IMG/VR virus record: IMGVR_UViG_3300033463_000015
Strand: one strand, 5' to 3'
From: a virus
Lineage: Duplodnaviria > Caudoviricetes
Length of the DNA: 64,000 bases
Each line of letters opens with the position of its first letter. Position 1 is the stretch's first letter. This document shows positions 12,864 to 26,474 of the stretch, in pieces. The notes under the pieces were generated by a model. The model saw nothing but the letters and a program-made list of their open reading frames with translations. It made no database searches and was not told the origin of the DNA. Made by a program: the position numbers and the translations under genes.

Positions 12864-13274
12864 ATGAATAATACTTATAATTGGAATAATCCTTTAATGG
12901 GTATGCAACAGGTTGCCTAGCCTAATTATTACCAAATGGCTCCCAAATATGAAATTATTCAAGTAAAAGGTGAAGCCGGTGCTAATAATTTTCGTATGGC
13001 GCCAAATAGTAGAGCAATTTTAGCTGATGAAACAGCACCAATGATTTGGTTTGCTCATACAGATAGCGGTGGTTACTTAACTGTAGAGCCTTATGATATT
13101 TATCCACATAAAGCACAAGAGCCCGTTAATGTAAATGATTTAGCGGAGCGCGTAAAGAAATTGGAGGATTTATATGTACAACAATCCACTTCTAAATCCA
13201 AGAAGCAACGTTAGCCAACGGCCACAACAGAGCCCACAAATGGACCAATTGAGACAAATGGTACAACTGTATAA
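12864..13274 (+). CDS. Hypothetical protein (conserved Bacillota phage cluster)
   Basis: ATG 12864 in frame with ORF 12936; two TAGs; TAA 13272. Confidence 0.6.
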
Positions 13275-13449
13275 AAATAGCAAAAATCCAATGCTCGCAA
13301 TGCAGAATATGCTTGAGCAAAATAAAGAGCTTAAAACTGTTATGAATTTCGTTAATAGAAATGGCGGAAATGCACAACAGTTATTTTATGAATTAGCACG
13401 TGAAGCGGGTGTAGACCCGCAAGAAGTGCTAAAAGGATTAGGGATATAA
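13174..13449 (+). CDS. Hypothetical Gln/Asn-rich protein
   Basis: GGAGG RBS; NP...GVDP motif of the cluster. Confidence 0.65.
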   Translation: MYNNPLLNPRSNVSQRPQQSPQMDQLRQMVQLYKNSKNPMLAMQNMLEQNKELKTVMNFVNRNGGNAQQLFYELAREAGVDPQEVLKGLGI

Positions 13450-13512
13450 TTTTTAAGCACGCGAAAGCGTGCTCTTTTTATATCAAAATATTTTAACAGG
13501 GGCGTGATTCAT

Positions 13513-14139
13513 ATGGATGGAAATCTTTCTGCTGCTGATATGGCGGCCGTAACCGGACGTGATGGAAACTGGGGCGAGGGTTTGTGGTTATTTGCTATTC
13601 TTGCTCTAATGGGTGGCGGCTTTGACAACTGGGGCAATCGTGGTGGCTATGAACAGTATGCTACTCGCGATCAAGTTCAAAATGGTTTCGACACCCAGAA
13701 CCTCCAAGCTCAAACACGTGATATTTTAGCCGCAGTAACTGGTGGCACTGCTCAATCTGTTGCCGCGACTAATCAAGTATATCACGATGTAGTAAGCTAT
13801 GTAGGCGACAAATATATGGAACTCCAACGTGATTTAGCAGGTCTTGCTGTTGGACAGGCTAACTTACTCGCTAAACAAAATGAAACTGGTTGCGGCATTC
13901 TTCGCGCAATTGATGGCGTAAATTATAACGCAGCTATGAATACTGCAGCTATCAATGCTAATGTCACCGCAGTAGGTCAAAAAATTCTTGATGCTATTAT
14001 GGGCAATAAAATGGAAGAAATGCAAAACCGTATTAACCAGCTTGAGCTACAAAACCAGCTTGGTAATGTAGTTCGCTATCCTCAAGGCTTCGTTTATAAT
14101 GCTGGTAACAACCCTTTCTGTGGATGTGGGTGCAATTAA
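13513..14139 (+). CDS. Conserved phage protein with one hydrophobic segment and Cys-rich tail
   Basis: MDGNLSAAD...WLFAILALMGGG...coiled coil...CGCGCN. Confidence 0.7.
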   Translation: MDGNLSAADMAAVTGRDGNWGEGLWLFAILALMGGGFDNWGNRGGYEQYATRDQVQNGFDTQNLQAQTRDILAAVTGGTAQSVAATNQVYHDVVSYVGDKYMELQRDLAGLAVGQANLLAKQNETGCGILRAIDGVNYNAAMNTAAINANVTAVGQKILDAIMGNKMEEMQNRINQLELQNQLGNVVRYPQGFVYNAGNNPFCGCGCN

Positions 14140-14212
14140 TAGAGCGTATTGAGTACGCCGACTAAGGGACGCGTACTAACGCGTCCCTCTTTTTTATTTG
14201 GAGGAAAAACAT

Positions 14213-14521
14213 ATGAAGATAATTGAAAAATTATGCGATATGATTGAGGAGGAGCTTGATAGCGCCGAATGCTATGCGAAATGCGCTATTGAGAAAAAAG
14301 AAGAATACCCTCAATTAGCAGAAACCTTCTATAAAATTGCTAATGATAAAATGGGACATATGAATTTACTACATACCCAAGTAGTTTCTATAATAGAGGA
14401 CTACAGAAAAAAGAAAGGGGACCCGCCAGAGGCGATGAAGTTATTATACGATATTTTACATAAAAGATATATAGCTCACGCCGCGGCAGTTAAGGGTATG
14501 CTCGCATTATATAAGGAGTGA
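14213..14521 (+). CDS. Ferritin-like four-helix protein
   Basis: IEEELDSAECYAK...H helical pattern. Confidence 0.55.
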   Translation: MKIIEKLCDMIEEELDSAECYAKCAIEKKEEYPQLAETFYKIANDKMGHMNLLHTQVVSIIEDYRKKKGDPPEAMKLLYDILHKRYIAHAAAVKGMLALYKE

Positions 14522-14527
14522 TGACTT

Positions 14528-14938
14528 ATGCTACAGGCTTATAGTTCTAATTTAGCAATAGATGCTAATGCTGCTTTTCCATTTAATAATGCTACTATTG
14601 ACAAAGGATGCGCCGAAAAGTTATCTGCGCCCGCAACTATCCAACTAAATCAACGCGGTGTTTATCTCGTTGAAGTTGACGGTTTCGCAACAGGTGCGGC
14701 CGCAGGAGTGAATACAGTTCAACTTAATGTAAATGGTGTAGCATTGCCGCAAGCTATTAGTTCATTTACAACAGCGGCAGCTACAGTAGCTAATTTTGGT
14801 TTTAAAACCTTTGTCCAAGTAAGTGAAAATAATTGTAATTGTAATTGCTTCTCTAGCCCAACAGTTTTACAAGTATTAAATGGTGAGCAGGCATTGACCG
14901 ATGCTCATATTAATATTGTGGTTACTAAAATTAGATAA
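14528..14938 (+). CDS. Beta-sandwich (BclA-C/C1q-like) protein
   Basis: IQLNQRGVYLVEV...INIVVTKI pattern. Confidence 0.5.
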   Translation: MLQAYSSNLAIDANAAFPFNNATIDKGCAEKLSAPATIQLNQRGVYLVEVDGFATGAAAGVNTVQLNVNGVALPQAISSFTTAAATVANFGFKTFVQVSENNCNCNCFSSPTVLQVLNGEQALTDAHINIVVTKIR

Positions 14939-14982
14939 TAAAGTGCGCTGGACGTAATAGTCCAGCGCCTTTTCTTTTAGCT

Positions 14983-15579
14983 ATGAATATAGAAGAAATT
15001 TTTACCACATTAATTACTCATATGAAAACTGGCATAGAGATGCATTATAAAATGATGGAAGCTTATGATTTCTTATCATTACCGGGCTATAAAAAATGTC
15101 AAGAATATCATTATCTTTCAGAAATTCAAGAGCAATTACAATTATCTCATTACTATACAGAAAATTATTATAAAATATTAAATGTTTCCGCGGCAGAAAT
15201 TGAAGTATTTTCATAGAGTTGGTACAAATATACTAGACAAGAAGTTGATGCCAACACAAAGCGTTCTGCTATACAAAATATGATGAAGCAGTGGGTAAAT
15301 TGGGAACGTGAAACTAAAACATTATATCAAAATATGTACTAGGAACTAGCAGTTCTCAATGAAATTGCTGCAGCTAATTTTTTAGAGAAATATATTAAAG
15401 ACGTCATTGAAGAATTGCGGCAAGCATAGCAGAAGCTAATTGAATTGGAGACAATTAATTATGATGCTATAGAAATTATTAAAGAGCAATAGCATTATTA
15501 TAAAAAATATAAAAAGAAAATAAAGGAAGTGATTTCAAATGCAGAAAAATTGGAATCACGAACGGTGGAGAACTCGTGA
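14983..15579 (+). CDS. Ferritin-like protein
   Basis: Open across four TAGs to TGA 15577; H...GYKKCQEYH...WERETKTLY. Confidence 0.55.
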
Positions 15580-16018
15580 TTTATTATTAGAGTACGATGC
15601 CGCTATTATGCCCCCTCATCCTCGCGCGGGCGGACTAGCAATAATTTATCCTTGGGGCTCATCAGTATATGATAATGTAGTGGATATGTCAATTCCTCAT
15701 AATCCACATACCACAACTTTATCAATGATATATCCTTGGGAAAACACATCATTAAATATTTTAAATCATCAATTATATCTTATCGCTGTTCAAAATGGGT
15801 TTGATGGAACTGAGGAGGACTTTAAAGAGCTCTTCAAAGGTTATGTTGGACCACGTAGTATTATGTTTGCAACTTATTCGGCGTTTCCAGATACTGGTAT
15901 TACTGATAAGCTATATTTTGATTTAGAAACTAAAATATTATATTATTGGAATGATGAATATATTCCAGTTAATGCAATGCTAATAGCAAATACTAGACTT
16001 GATGGTGGTGAAGCGTAA
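15539..16018 (+). CDS. Hypothetical structural protein
   Basis: 159-aa ORF; FPDTGITDKLYFD motif. Confidence 0.65.
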   Translation: MQKNWNHERWRTRDLLLEYDAAIMPPHPRAGGLAIIYPWGSSVYDNVVDMSIPHNPHTTTLSMIYPWENTSLNILNHQLYLIAVQNGFDGTEEDFKELFKGYVGPRSIMFATYSAFPDTGITDKLYFDLETKILYYWNDEYIPVNAMLIANTRLDGGEA

Positions 16019-16722
16019 TGGCTACTAATAGTGTAAAAGTCACTTTACAAATTCGTCATGATGAAGCAGCCGATTGGACTACGCGAAACCCTATTCTAGC
16101 TCAAGGTGAATATGGCTTAGAAGTAGATACAGGTTGGTTAAAAATTGGTGATGGAATACTTGATTGGATACATTTACCTTATTTAAATAAATTGGATTTA
16201 TCTTATTTTAAACAGAATTTAGATGGTACAATTACTTTTAGTGATGCATTTTAGAATACAATTGCAACTTTAGAAGCAATTGCAGGAGAAGCTATTACAA
16301 GTTTAGTAATAACAGAGCCTCCAGTTAATGATACAGATGTGCCAAATAAAAAATATGTAGATGATAAAGTTGCTGAAGCTGTAGGATTAAAAAGAATAAT
16401 AGTAGATGAACTGCCATCGGCCATGAACGCAGATCCAAATGCAATGTATATGGTTCCAGCACCATCAGGAAATTATTATGAAGAATATATAGTAATCAAT
16501 GGTGTTTGGGATATGATAGGCGAAACTGGCGATGGCGGTAGTGGCGGTTTTGATTTACAAATAGCCACAGAAGCACGATTGGGTGGAGTTAAATCCACTA
16601 CTTAGCCTGACGGCGTATAGGTTAATTCTAATACTGGTTTTATGACCATTAATGATGTTTCAACAACTAAATTATATGTTCCAACAGGAGATATATTTAT
16701 TATATACGGCGGACATGCATAA
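16018..16722 (+). CDS. Tail fibre protein with Mtd-N/hyaluronidase N-terminal-like domain
   Basis: RHDEAADWTTRNPILAQGEYGLEVDTGWLKIGDG; joined across TAGs to TAA 16720. Confidence 0.75.
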
Positions 16723-16736
16723 GGGAGGTGGCGTAA

Positions 16737-18665
16737 ATGGCGGAACATCAAATTGAAACGCGCATATTATTACGCTACGATACCTATGATAATTGGATGC
16801 ATAGTACTGTTATTTTAAAAACAGGCGAAGCCGCAATCGCGGCGATGCCATAGGAATATAGTATTATTGAATCTAATATCAGGCCTGAAAATACACCACC
16901 AGCTATAGGTATAAAAATAGGTGATGGATACCATTATTTTTCTGAATTGCCTTGGGTCTAGGGAGTGGCCGCGGATGTATATAATTGGGCTAAATCTCAA
17001 ACGAAACCAAGTTATAATGCTAATGAAATTATAGGTTTAACAACACTAATTCAAGAATATATTAATAATATTTCAGGAGATGTAACTGTTGAAGCTCGTA
17101 GTTATAGGTTATAGAAAGGTACAGATGCTAATATTAATAAGTATTTTTTATAGTCTAAAGGTGCTAATGATACTGATTGGGTAACAGATGAATTAAATTA
17201 TATAGATTTAAATGAATTTGCCGATGTTATTGCTTGGTTAGGTAGCGGTCCTAGTGATTATTGGAGTTTATCAACTTATGTTAATACAAAAATTAATGAT
17301 AAATTAGCTACTTTAAATTATACAGATAATATTAATAATAATTAGGTAGTAATAGGAGTAGATTAGACTGATGGTTTAATTTCCGTTACTCGAAGTCCTT
17401 TATATGCTTCTAATATTAATGGTGTTATAGATGTTGCTCATGGTGGTACAGGTCGTCAAGTTTTTGAATATGATGAAGTATTAATTGGAAATGGTAGCGA
17501 AAGTCTCACTAGTAAGCCTATTGATACTACTTTAACGAATAATAATCATTTAGCAACAAATAAAGCTATAATTAATTATATTACGAATGCAACTGCGGGT
17601 ATTACTAGCGCGATGCATTATCGCGGCGAAGCAACAGTTGAAATTGTTAATAATAGCGCTGTTAATCCACAAATTAATGGATATAATTTTTCATAGGCAG
17701 AGCCTGGAGATGTAATTGTTTATAATTATAAAGAATTCGTTTGGACTGGCGGCAATTGGCGCTTATTAGGAGATGAAGGCAGCTATATTATTAAAGGTAC
17801 AGTTAGTAACAACGACATATTAGATAATGCCGATATAGCGCAATCTAAAATTAGTAATTTAATAACAGATTTATCAAATAAGGTAGATAAAGAAGAAGGA
17901 AAAAGCCTTTCATCTAATGATTATACGGATGAAGAGCAGCAAAAATTAGCAGACATTGAAGAAGGAGCTTAGCGTAATTTAATTGAACATTTATATGTAA
18001 ATGGATTAGAAGTTACTCCTTCTGTAATTGATGGTAATCAAAATTCTATTGCAATCCGTTTAAGTTCATTAACACCTGAAGAAGAAGAAAAACTTCGCGG
18101 TATTGAACAAAATGCACAAGTTAATGTAATCGAGCATTTCTTTTTAAATGAAAATGAAATCATACCTAAGACTTATAAAGGATTGACAAAATCAGTTCAA
18201 TTAGAATTAATTGAATATACTGAACAAGAACAACAAAAGCTAGCTGGCATACAGACTGGAGCTCAAGTTAATACAATACAAAGTATTAGTGTTAATGGGG
18301 CTACCATTTCTCCAACTTAGGAAAAAACAGTAGATATTATAATACCAGATCATGCTGAGCATGCTAATAAAATTGAAAAAATTTATCTTAATGGTGTCGA
18401 ACAAGTGCCTGATTAGGATAAATATGTAAATATTCAAATTGATGAATCAGCAGTTAGTTTTACTGTATTAAAAGGCGCGCGAGTACCTACAGGTATTCCC
18501 GCAACGCCATATGAAGATATTGATTTAGATGAAACTACAAAAAAATTAGAATTTGCTAAAATAGCAAAAACTGGGTGGGTATATGATATAGTTAATACAC
18601 CCGCAAGTAATACAACAGATTATTTAATACTAAGGTGCGGTGATTCAACAACCTTAATTGATTAA
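16737..18665 (+). CDS. Tail fibre protein (~642 aa), Mtd-N-like start; absent from the standard-code ORF track
   Basis: GGAGGTG RBS, ATG 16737, KIGDG motif, many in-frame TAG, TAA 18663. Confidence 0.7.
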
Positions 18666-18698
18666 ACTTGGCTGGAATGATGCCGAGGAGGTGCTTTC

Positions 18699-19271
18699 AT
18701 GGCTACTAAAACCGTGAACACACGAATTCAGTTGAAAAGTGATACTGAAGCTAATTGGAATAAGGCTGGTCCTAAGGACGGAAGCCGTGGTTTCGTACCA
18801 CTTTCGGGTGAGCTCATCATCTATTCAGCTGATGGGGCTCACCCCTTTTCTCGTTTAAAAGTAGGAGATGGAACACAGGATGTTACTGCATTACCATTTA
18901 TTGATGCAGGAACTATTAACGGTTCTTCTCTACCAGGCGATAGCATAATTTTATATGCTAATACAAGTAGTTTTCCACGTAGTGGTGAATCAAATAAATT
19001 ATATGTTGATTTAGCCAATAATCGTATTTTTTGTTTTTCCGCAGGTATTGGTTATACTCAACTATCACATTTTACATATCAAATAACAACACAAACAATA
19101 AAATCAGTTAAATCTTGGTCTGCCGGAAGCATGACAATTTTAAATGTAGAAAATAATAAATTATAGGCTGAGAATGGAACTGCTCCTGAATTGGAGACTG
19201 AAGATATTGTTGTTATTACTAATCTTACAGAAACATCTCCAGAGGTGATTAACAATGGCGGGAATGACTAA
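18699..19271 (+). CDS. Mtd-N-like tail protein
   Basis: RIQLKSDTEANW...LKVGDG; TAG 19164 read through. Confidence 0.7.
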
Positions 19272-21756
19272 TTCAATAACTGATTATATTGGTATAGTTA
19301 AAGTAGATGGTTCTGAATATTTAACTGGTTCTACTTTGTTTGGAACTTGTACTACTGAAGCAAATGTAGCCGCGAAAAAAGTTGTAATAGAAGAAATTAC
19401 AAATTTTACACCGACACATGGCTTAACTATTCACGTTTTATTTACACATACAAATACTGCTGCTAATCCTACATTACAATTTAATTCTGAATCTAATGCA
19501 ACCACTTATCCAATTTATGCTTATGGTGATAGCCCAGTAGGTAATACATTATCTACTTCTTGGCATGATAATGCAATTGTCAGCTTTACTTTTTATGATG
19601 GTGCATTAGATGCAACAGCTACTTCTAAACGTTGGATAATGAATAGCGGTACCGACACAGGTGCTGATGGATTAGCATCAGTTAGTTTAGCAAATGTTAA
19701 TAATGCTGATGATTTAAAAGCAATTGAAGCATTAACAGGGACCAGTGGCTATTTAAAGAAGACTGCAGCGAATACTTGGGCTTTATAGACTGAACAAGAA
19801 GCTAGTTCAACTGTAGCCGGCATTACAAAAATAGGAGCTTCTGGCGGTGCCGCAACATATGAGCATACTCATGGTAATATTACTAATGGTGGAGCTCTAT
19901 AGACTAATGATGTTACTATTGGAGACGGAGATAAATTAGTTATTACTGATAGTAGTGATGGAAATAAAGTTGCTAGAGCTTCGCTATCATTTGGGGCAAA
20001 TAATACTACAAATAAAGGTAAAGCACTAACATAGGCTGGTACTTGGGAATCATTTACTAATAATCCAGGTACTGTCACTAGTGTTTAGGTACAAGGTAGT
20101 TCTCCAGTTGTATCAAGCGTTGATACGGCACAGAATGGAACTTTAAGTACAACTATTTCTTTAGCTAGCGGCTACGGCGACACACAAAACCCATATACTA
20201 GTAAAACAAAAAATTATGTGCTAGCTGCTCCTTCTGATGCTAATGGTGTGCCCTCTTTTAGAGCATTGGCAGATGCTGATATTCCTAGCACAATTGCTCG
20301 TTTAGCTAGCCCAGCTTTAACTGGTACTCCTACAGCACCAACTGTGTCTGATGCTACTGACAGTTCTACGACAATTGCAACTACTGCATTTGTTGCGGCT
20401 GCAATCAACAATAAATTGGCGGCAAATGATGCTATGCAATTTAAAGGCACTATTGGCACTAGTGGTAATCCCGGTACATTACCAACAGCTGATTATCAAG
20501 CAGGTTATACTTATCGTGTTATTACAGCTGGTACATATGCTGGATAGGTTTGTGAAGTTGGCGATCTAATTATTGCGGTTAAAGATTATAATTCTAGTAC
20601 TGCATCAAATAGCGACTGGACTGTAGCACAAACAAATATTGATGGTGCCATTACCGCAAGTGATGGTGCCGCAGATTATTTAACTAAATTTAGTGGAACA
20701 CATACGGTAACTAAAGGACCTAAAATTACTTCAAATGGCACTGGCTTTTTGAAAGAGGATGGAACATGGGCTACTCCTACAAATGATAGAGATCCAGGTT
20801 ATGGTTCAATTACACCAGCGAATACAACTGATGGAACCAGTGCTTTAACTGGTAATACTACTGTAGTAACTGCTACCAATTATAGTGAAAATATTAAATT
20901 TACTGGTGCCAATAAGTGGATTGTTTTAGCAGGCACTAATAGTAATACTGCTGGTTCAGATGAATTAAAGTTTGCTCACTACGTACCTTCTACTGCTTAT
21001 GTTAATAATGGACCTACTTCAAATCAAACTGGTGCTCGTGGTAATACATTTAATATTCCAAAAATTACTATTGATGAAGCAGGCCACGTTACTGATATTA
21101 GTAGTATCACAGTATCTTTACCAGCTAGTGATAATACTGATGAAAAATTAGCAATCGCATCAGAAGATCCAAGCACATCTACGGCTTATAATTTAATTTT
21201 TGCAAAACAAAATACAGATAGTGCCGCAACACGCTATTATAATACTGGTATATAGCATATCGCATTAAAAGGAACAACTTCTGCGGAAGGTTATAGTGTG
21301 CTTGCTTTAGGTAATAATATAGCAACTGGTACTGCTAATAATAAAAAAGGTATTTTAAGATTATATGGTACTTCTACTTCTTATACTGATATTATAGGTA
21401 CAAATAATACAACAGCACAAGTGCTTACTTTGCCGAAGACCACTGGCGGCAATTTAGTTGGTACAAATACAACTAGTAAAGTTGGTGATACTGATAATCC
21501 AGTATATATCGCAGCGAATGGTATAGCAACTGCTATTAGTTATACAATAAAAACTAGCGTACCTAGTGGAGCCGTATTTACAGATACAACTTATACGGCA
21601 ACTGCAAATACAACAATTCATTATTTAAATGATGCAAATTATGTTAAAACCGCAACCGTAAGTAATGGCGTTTTAACAATTACAACAATTACAAATGCTT
21701 CTTCAATAACTCCGGTAACAGCAATTACACCAAGTGTAGCAGGACCATCAAATTAA
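19255..21756 (+). CDS. Thr/Ser-rich tail fibre protein (~833 aa)
   Basis: ORFs 19255, 20218, 20749 and 21298 in one frame; SPALTGTPTAPT fibre repeat. Confidence 0.75.
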
Positions 21757-21772
21757 TAGGTAGGTGAATTAA

Positions 21773-24565
21773 ATGGGATATATTAATAAAATAACAATTA
21801 CTGATAATGGCACCCATTTAATCGAGCCGACATTATATGCTGTTGCAAGTGGAACAGCATCCACTATAACTGCCTCAATTGACGGATTTGAGGCAGTTAG
21901 CGGAGTTATTGTATATATTACAATGACGGCTGATAATGCAGCTGATGCTACTTTAAATATTAATTCAGGTACTGCAAGAGATATTTATTATAATGATAGT
22001 AAAATTACTGCTGGAAAATTAGCTAGCGGCCGCACCTATGGTTTTGTTTATGATGGAACTAGTGGTAGTGAAAAATGGATTTTAATTGGGGATGCTTTGG
22101 CGGACCATTTACATGATGATAGATATTTAACGTTAACTGGTGGAACATTGAATGGTTAGTTAAATATTACACATACTAATAATACAGGCGGAGAATTGAT
22201 TATTAAATAGGGCAATGATAATAAATTATTTGTAGGCGTCGGTAGTAGGAATAGTAATTATGGAATTTATGATTATGGAAATTCAAAGTGGATGGCATAT
22301 ATTAATAGTAGCGGTACATTAGGTATTCATGACAATGATTTAACTATTACTGATAGTGGTAGTGTTACAGTAGCTAAAAATTTTACGGTTACTACTACTT
22401 TTGCTACACGAAAAGTAGAATACGCAATTCCTGCAAGCACGTATGAAGCAGGTTGGAGACGAATTTGTACAGTAGGAACACTAGAGTTATATCCTTCTTG
22501 GTTTTTATCTATTGAAGGAACATATAATGGATATAAACCAAATAGCGGTCTCATTATGGTAACAGGTGGATATTAGTCTATAGTACCAATATTATTACAT
22601 GCTAGAGTAGAAGCATGTCCTATAGTATCATATCGCTTATTAAGAAAATCTAATACTAATTCATCATTTTATTTAGATGTTTATATTCCAGAAGGTACTC
22701 TTTCTAATGTAGGCACTCTTAAATTCTATTTTTGGGGAAATGTATCAGTTAGTGATATTCAAACGTCACTTGATATTAATTCAAGTACTGGCGGTAGTGA
22801 ATTTACATTAGTAAGTTAGGGTGCAGGCACAATGGCTCTTACAAAAAATGTTCTAGCTCTTACTGGTGGAACATTGAGCGGAGATTTAATTCTTGGGACA
22901 GGTTCAAGTTCTCACGGAGCTACACCAAAATTAATATTCTAGCGTGCAACTGCAAATGACACATATACAGACTGGCGCATACAAGTAGGAAGCACGGGCG
23001 TTCTTACATTTTCACAAAATTTAAGTGGTACTACTAATAATACTGATGTAACTATATTAAACTTAGAGCCTGCTACAACGGGTAATAGTTTAATTGCTAA
23101 ATTATATCCGGGTGTAGATAATACATATTATTTAGGAACAAGTAGTAATAAATGGGCAAATATATATGCAACCAATTTTGTAGGTAATGCTTCAACAGCA
23201 ACCTCTTGGGCAGCCGCACAAAAAACTAAAGTTAATCTAGCAACTATTTATGGAACTTCAACTGGAGAAAGTGAAACAACAATTAATGGTGGCCAAAATA
23301 CAGTACAAGAAATTGGTGTGTCTGGTATATTAAATGTTGCTAATGGTGGCACTGGAGTAGATAGTTTAACTGATTTGCGCGCAAATTTAGGTTTGTCTCA
23401 AGCCTTACGTTTTATTGGTATTACTACTACAGATATGACCAATAATACTGATACTACCAATAGTTATACTGGTACTCCTACTATAACAGAGCTTAATTCA
23501 TATACTCCATCAGTAGGAGATGTAGTAATTAATAGTATAAATTAGGATGAATGGGTATGCATTAGTACAGCAAATTCAACTTATACTTGGGAACGTTTAG
23601 GTAGTGACACATCATATAAAATTGTGTAGACACCAATGACAGATACTACAGAAGTTGGAAATACTGCTACACAATTTGTAGCAAAAGTTACTCAAACAGC
23701 TAATGGTGATATTACTGTTACAAAATCTAATCTACCAATTACTGATAATACTGTAGCTACACCTATTGAAAACAATGATACCACATTACCAACAATGAAT
23801 ACATTATATTATGGTTTACCAACCATAAATAATGCACATAATTATACATCAAATACAACAATATATGCCCCTACTACTGGTGGAAGTACATCTGGTAATC
23901 CATTAATTGCAACTGGTAGTACATCAACGCCGTCATGGTATGGTGGTTTAGTATTAGCAGGTACTTCAAGTGCATGGACATCAACTTTTACTGGTAATTC
24001 TACTATTTTAGCATAGACAGGAGCGTCTAATACTAGAGGTTCATCTTCATTTATTCTTGTAAATACAGCTGATAATAATAATTCTACCAATGCAGTAGCT
24101 ATTGAATTACAACGTAAGGGTAATTAGTCTTGGTAGATATTAAATAGTCAAGCGGGTAAATTAATATTTAGAAATGATTATACTACTTCAGTACAATCTA
24201 CTTATTCACAAATAGCGTTAACTTTAGAGCCAAATACTGGTGATGCTACATTTTCTGGTACTATTGATGCTACAACTATTACTGCTAGTAGTGGATTTGT
24301 TGGTGATGTTACTGGTAATGCTTCAAGTGCAACTCAAGTTGCAGCAACATTAGCCAATACTACTAAAACTTATTTATTAGGTACATCAACCGCAATTACA
24401 GCCACAGCCGCAAATGTATCATTAATCGGTGATACTGCTGTTTATTTAACTACTACTAGCGGCGAGTTAAGTACAGTACGTTATTCTTTAAATAGTAGTG
24501 GTACTGAAAAAGCATATATAACTTATAATACTACAGATGATTGCATTGATTTCATCTTCGTTTAA
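21773..24565 (+). CDS. Tail fibre protein (~930 aa)
   Basis: ORFs 21773, 22292, 23318 and 23636 in frame; LTGGTL and VANGGTG fibre motifs; TAA 24563. Confidence 0.75.
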
Positions 24566-24576
24566 GGGGGAGTTAT

Positions 24577-26463
24577 ATGAGTTTAAAAGTATGGCTCCCA
24601 CTTAACGGGAGCTTAGAAAATAAAGGAATAAGTAATTTAACTATAGTAGAAAGCGGTGTTGTAGTTAATACTGCCGGAAAAATAGGATCTTGCTATTCTT
24701 TTGACGGATCAAATGATTATATTTCATTAACTGGTTCAGTACTTTATGACATAATTAAAGGCGGCTCATAGCCATTTTCAATAGCAATGTGGATATATCA
24801 TAATGATAGTACTAGAGCAATATTATTTGGTGATCACGAACTTAGCGGGAATATTAATTTTAATATTGAATTATCTACTGCTCATCGTATAAGATTCTAT
24901 TGGAATGGTTCTCCAGATAAAACTTTTAATAGTGAATCAAGTGTTGGACTACAAACTTGGACCCATATCACTGTTACTTATAACGGTGATACTATTTTAA
25001 TATATAAAAATGGAACATTAATTACTGATAAAAGATCTGGTACATTAAGTGAAAGAATAAAAACTTCTGGCGCATATTATTTAGGAAGAGATAACCGAAC
25101 TGGAACTACAGCCTTTAATGGTAAAATGAATGATTTTAGATTATATGATCATTGTCTTTCAGCAGCAGAAGTTAAAGAAATAGCACAAGGATTAGTTTGC
25201 CATTATAAATTAGAAGGCGCGAATGAAAATCGTATGCGTCTAACTCCTAATTCTCATGATGCAACCGCCTATCAAGCTTATGCAATAAATATGACTGAAA
25301 ATTTAGTTGCAGGAGAAACATATACAATGCAATTATGGAATGTAGATTTATATCATTCTGCTAAAACTGCCGCGAATACCACTGCATCTGTATGGTGGGG
25401 TGGTGGAAGCGTTAATTTATTTGCTTGGGATGCCTCAACTTATTTTACCAAAACAAGTGATACAAATTATCACGCAAATCATTTAGTAAAAACTTTTACC
25501 GTCACAGAAACATAGGCTTCTGGTAATGGTGCTACTAATAGTTATTTACGCATTTATAATTCTCCAGGCAATGCTACTGGTACTCGTAATTTAGAAGTTG
25601 GCAGATGGAAATTAGAAAAAGGTTCTACTGCTACTCCTTGGATTGCCGCAGATGAAGATAGCTCAGAAAATAGAAAAACTATTATTGATAGTAGTGGATA
25701 CAATAATAACGGAACTGCTAATGTTAGTCCAATATATTCTAATATTATAAATGATGGTAGATACTCTAATTCTATGATATTTAATGGAAGTACGTATATT
25801 AAATGCACTCAAGCAGGAATGCTAAAAGATGAAATTACAGTATCTTGCTGGGCTTATGAAGCAGATTGGAGTATAGGTTATGGTAGAACAATTAGTTGCT
25901 TACAGTCAGGTGGTTGGGGTTTTGATAATTCAACAGCTAAAAGACGTTTTTATATTGGAACTGGTGAAAGTAGTAATACTTATAAAGGTGCTACCTCTAC
26001 ATCAAACTGGACTGCTTTAAGTGCAGGATGGCATCATTTTGTTGGAACTTATGATGGATTTAATGTTAAATTTTATGTAGATGGAGAGTTAGAAGCTACT
26101 ACAGCAGCATATGAAACAAAAACTCCAATCTATTATAATACAGCCACAAATATTTTTATTGGTGCCGAAGCAGGAAATAATCAAACAACTCCTACTACTC
26201 CATATTTTAGTGGTAATATTAGTGATGTACGTATTTATGCTACCTCATTACTTGACACAGAAGTAAAATAGTTGTATAATACAAGTATGAAGATAGATAA
26301 TGGAAATAATATTCATACGTTTGAAGTTATTGAGGATAGCAATAATAAAATTACTAAATAGGGACAATTAATGTGTAAAGAAATAGATGAATAGAATTTT
26401 AGTACTAATATTAAAAATTTTTCAAATGGTACTTGGTATATTAATAATCTTATAGAGCGTTAA
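24577..26463 (+). CDS. LamG/concanavalin-A-like lectin domain protein (~628 aa)
   Basis: WTHITVTYNG, FNGKMNDFRLY, WHHFVGTYDG and ISDVRIY motifs; joined across TAG. Confidence 0.8.
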
Positions 26464-26474
26464 GGAGGAATACT

